From an uncultured Chloroflexia bacterium (GTDB taxonomy: Bacteria; Chloroflexota; UBA6077; JACCZL01), in contig CAVXYC010000023.1 in NCBI GenBank assembly GCA_963765765.1, positions 320,001-384,000 of the forward strand: DNA of 64,000 nt, given 5' to 3'. Below, one piece after another: positions 63,199 through 64,000 of this stretch. Position 1 is the stretch's first letter, and the number at the start of each line of letters is the position of its first letter. A program made the position numbers and the translations under genes. The notes under the pieces were generated by a model. It made no database searches, had not been told where the DNA came from, and saw only the letters and a list, made by a program, of their open reading frames with translations.

Positions 63199-64000
63199 TC
63201 AAAACATCTCCGCCCGGCCGGCTTCCACAAGCGGATGGATGTGTCCTGGGCCCGCGGCTTCGCCGCAAAGACGCGGGGTTGGGAAGATCTTGCCCGGGTT
63301 TGACAAATGCCGCGGGTCAAAGGCGCATCGGACGCGCTGCATCGTATCGAGATCGTCGTCGCTGAAAAGCTTGGGCATGTGCTTCATCTTATCGACGCCG
63401 ATACCGTGCTCGCCGGTCAGGCTTCCGCCGTGCTCCACGCACGTCAGGAGAATCTTGGTAGCGAGCTCCTCCGCTCGGTCGAGCTCGCCCTCGACCCGAC
63501 CGTCGTAGAGCACGAGTGGATGCAGGTTGCCATCTCCAGCGTGAAAAACGTTTGCCACTCGCATATCGTATTCGGCAGACAGCTCGTCGATGCGGCGGAG
63601 CACGGCTGGCAGCGTTGTGCGAGGGATGACGCCGTCTTGCACGTAATAGCTCGGGCTCATCCGGCCCATCGCCGCGAACGCGGCTTTGCGCCCCTTCCAC
63701 ATCAGCGCGCGTTCAGTTGCATCGGCCGCGCGACGCACTTCCCACGCGCCGTTCGATCGGCAGATCGACTCGATTGAGCCGATGAGCGCCCCCACCTCGG
63801 CCGTTGGGCCATCGAGCTCCACCAGGAGCAGCGCGCCAGCGCTCGTCGGGTACCCGGCATGTGTTGCCTGCTCCACCGCCTGAATGCTCAGGTTGTCCAT
63901 CATCTCCATTGCCGCGGGCAGGATACCGGCGGCGATGATGTCGGAAACGGCTCCACCGGCCTGATCGGTCGTCGCGAATGCACCCATCACGAGCTGCACG
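63199..64000 (-). CDS. glcD: Glycolate oxidase subunit GlcD (5' end outside the window)
   Basis: QDGVIPR, FHAGDGNLHP, TGEHGIG, NPGKIFP. Confidence 0.92.
   Translation of the reverse strand, partial: VQLVMGAFATTDQAGGAVSDIIAAGILPAAMEMMDNLSIQAVEQATHAGYPTSAGALLLVELDGPTAEVGALIGSIESICRSNGAWEVRRAADATERALMWKGRKAAFAAMGRMSPSYYVQDGVIPRTTLPAVLRRIDELSAEYDMRVANVFHAGDGNLHPLVLYDGRVEGELDRAEELATKILLTCVEHGGSLTGEHGIGVDKMKHMPKLFSDDDLDTMQRVRCAFDPRHLSNPGKIFPTPRLCGEAAGPGHIHPLVEAGRAEMF

Noticed and set aside
1-64000. Widespread pseudogenisation or programmed frameshifting
   Set aside because: Single-base frameshifts hit many unrelated genes, including aroA and bfr, while motifs stay intact. This pattern is typical of uncorrected long-read indels.

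Overview
GC-rich bacterial chromosomal segment. Gene content and paralog style suggest Chloroflexota or a similar soil/aquatic lineage (inference only). Many otherwise intact genes carry single-base frameshifts, most likely long-read indel errors, so several CDS calls join ORF pieces across frames. Most of the window is catabolic or housekeeping: cyclase, nitroreductase, sulfatase, HMG-CoA-lyase-like enzyme with a class III CoA transferase, HpaB, two Rieske oxygenases, LLM monooxygenases, AtuA-like, SDRs, aroA, aroE-like, bfd-bfr, peptide-type and Drr-type ABC transporters, and a glcD-glcE-glcF-glcE-glcF operon. It also holds a small defence patch (SauUSI-like PLD-helicase plus vapBC), a RAYT transposase with its REPs, and many REP/REPIN-like palindromes, one of them inside a glcE coding sequence. 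The most striking region is 54.4-57.6 kb. There a ~2.9-kb IS1595-family element appears to sit in the centre of a parS site. The 8-bp target duplication TCA(T/C)GTGA plus the element ends AAC...GTT rebuild a parS at each junction. Its cargo includes a 104-nt tRNA-like gene with a tRNA-Leu scaffold, proline anticodon and identity bases, and a 32-nt variable region, expressed from one of two near-twin divergent promoters.
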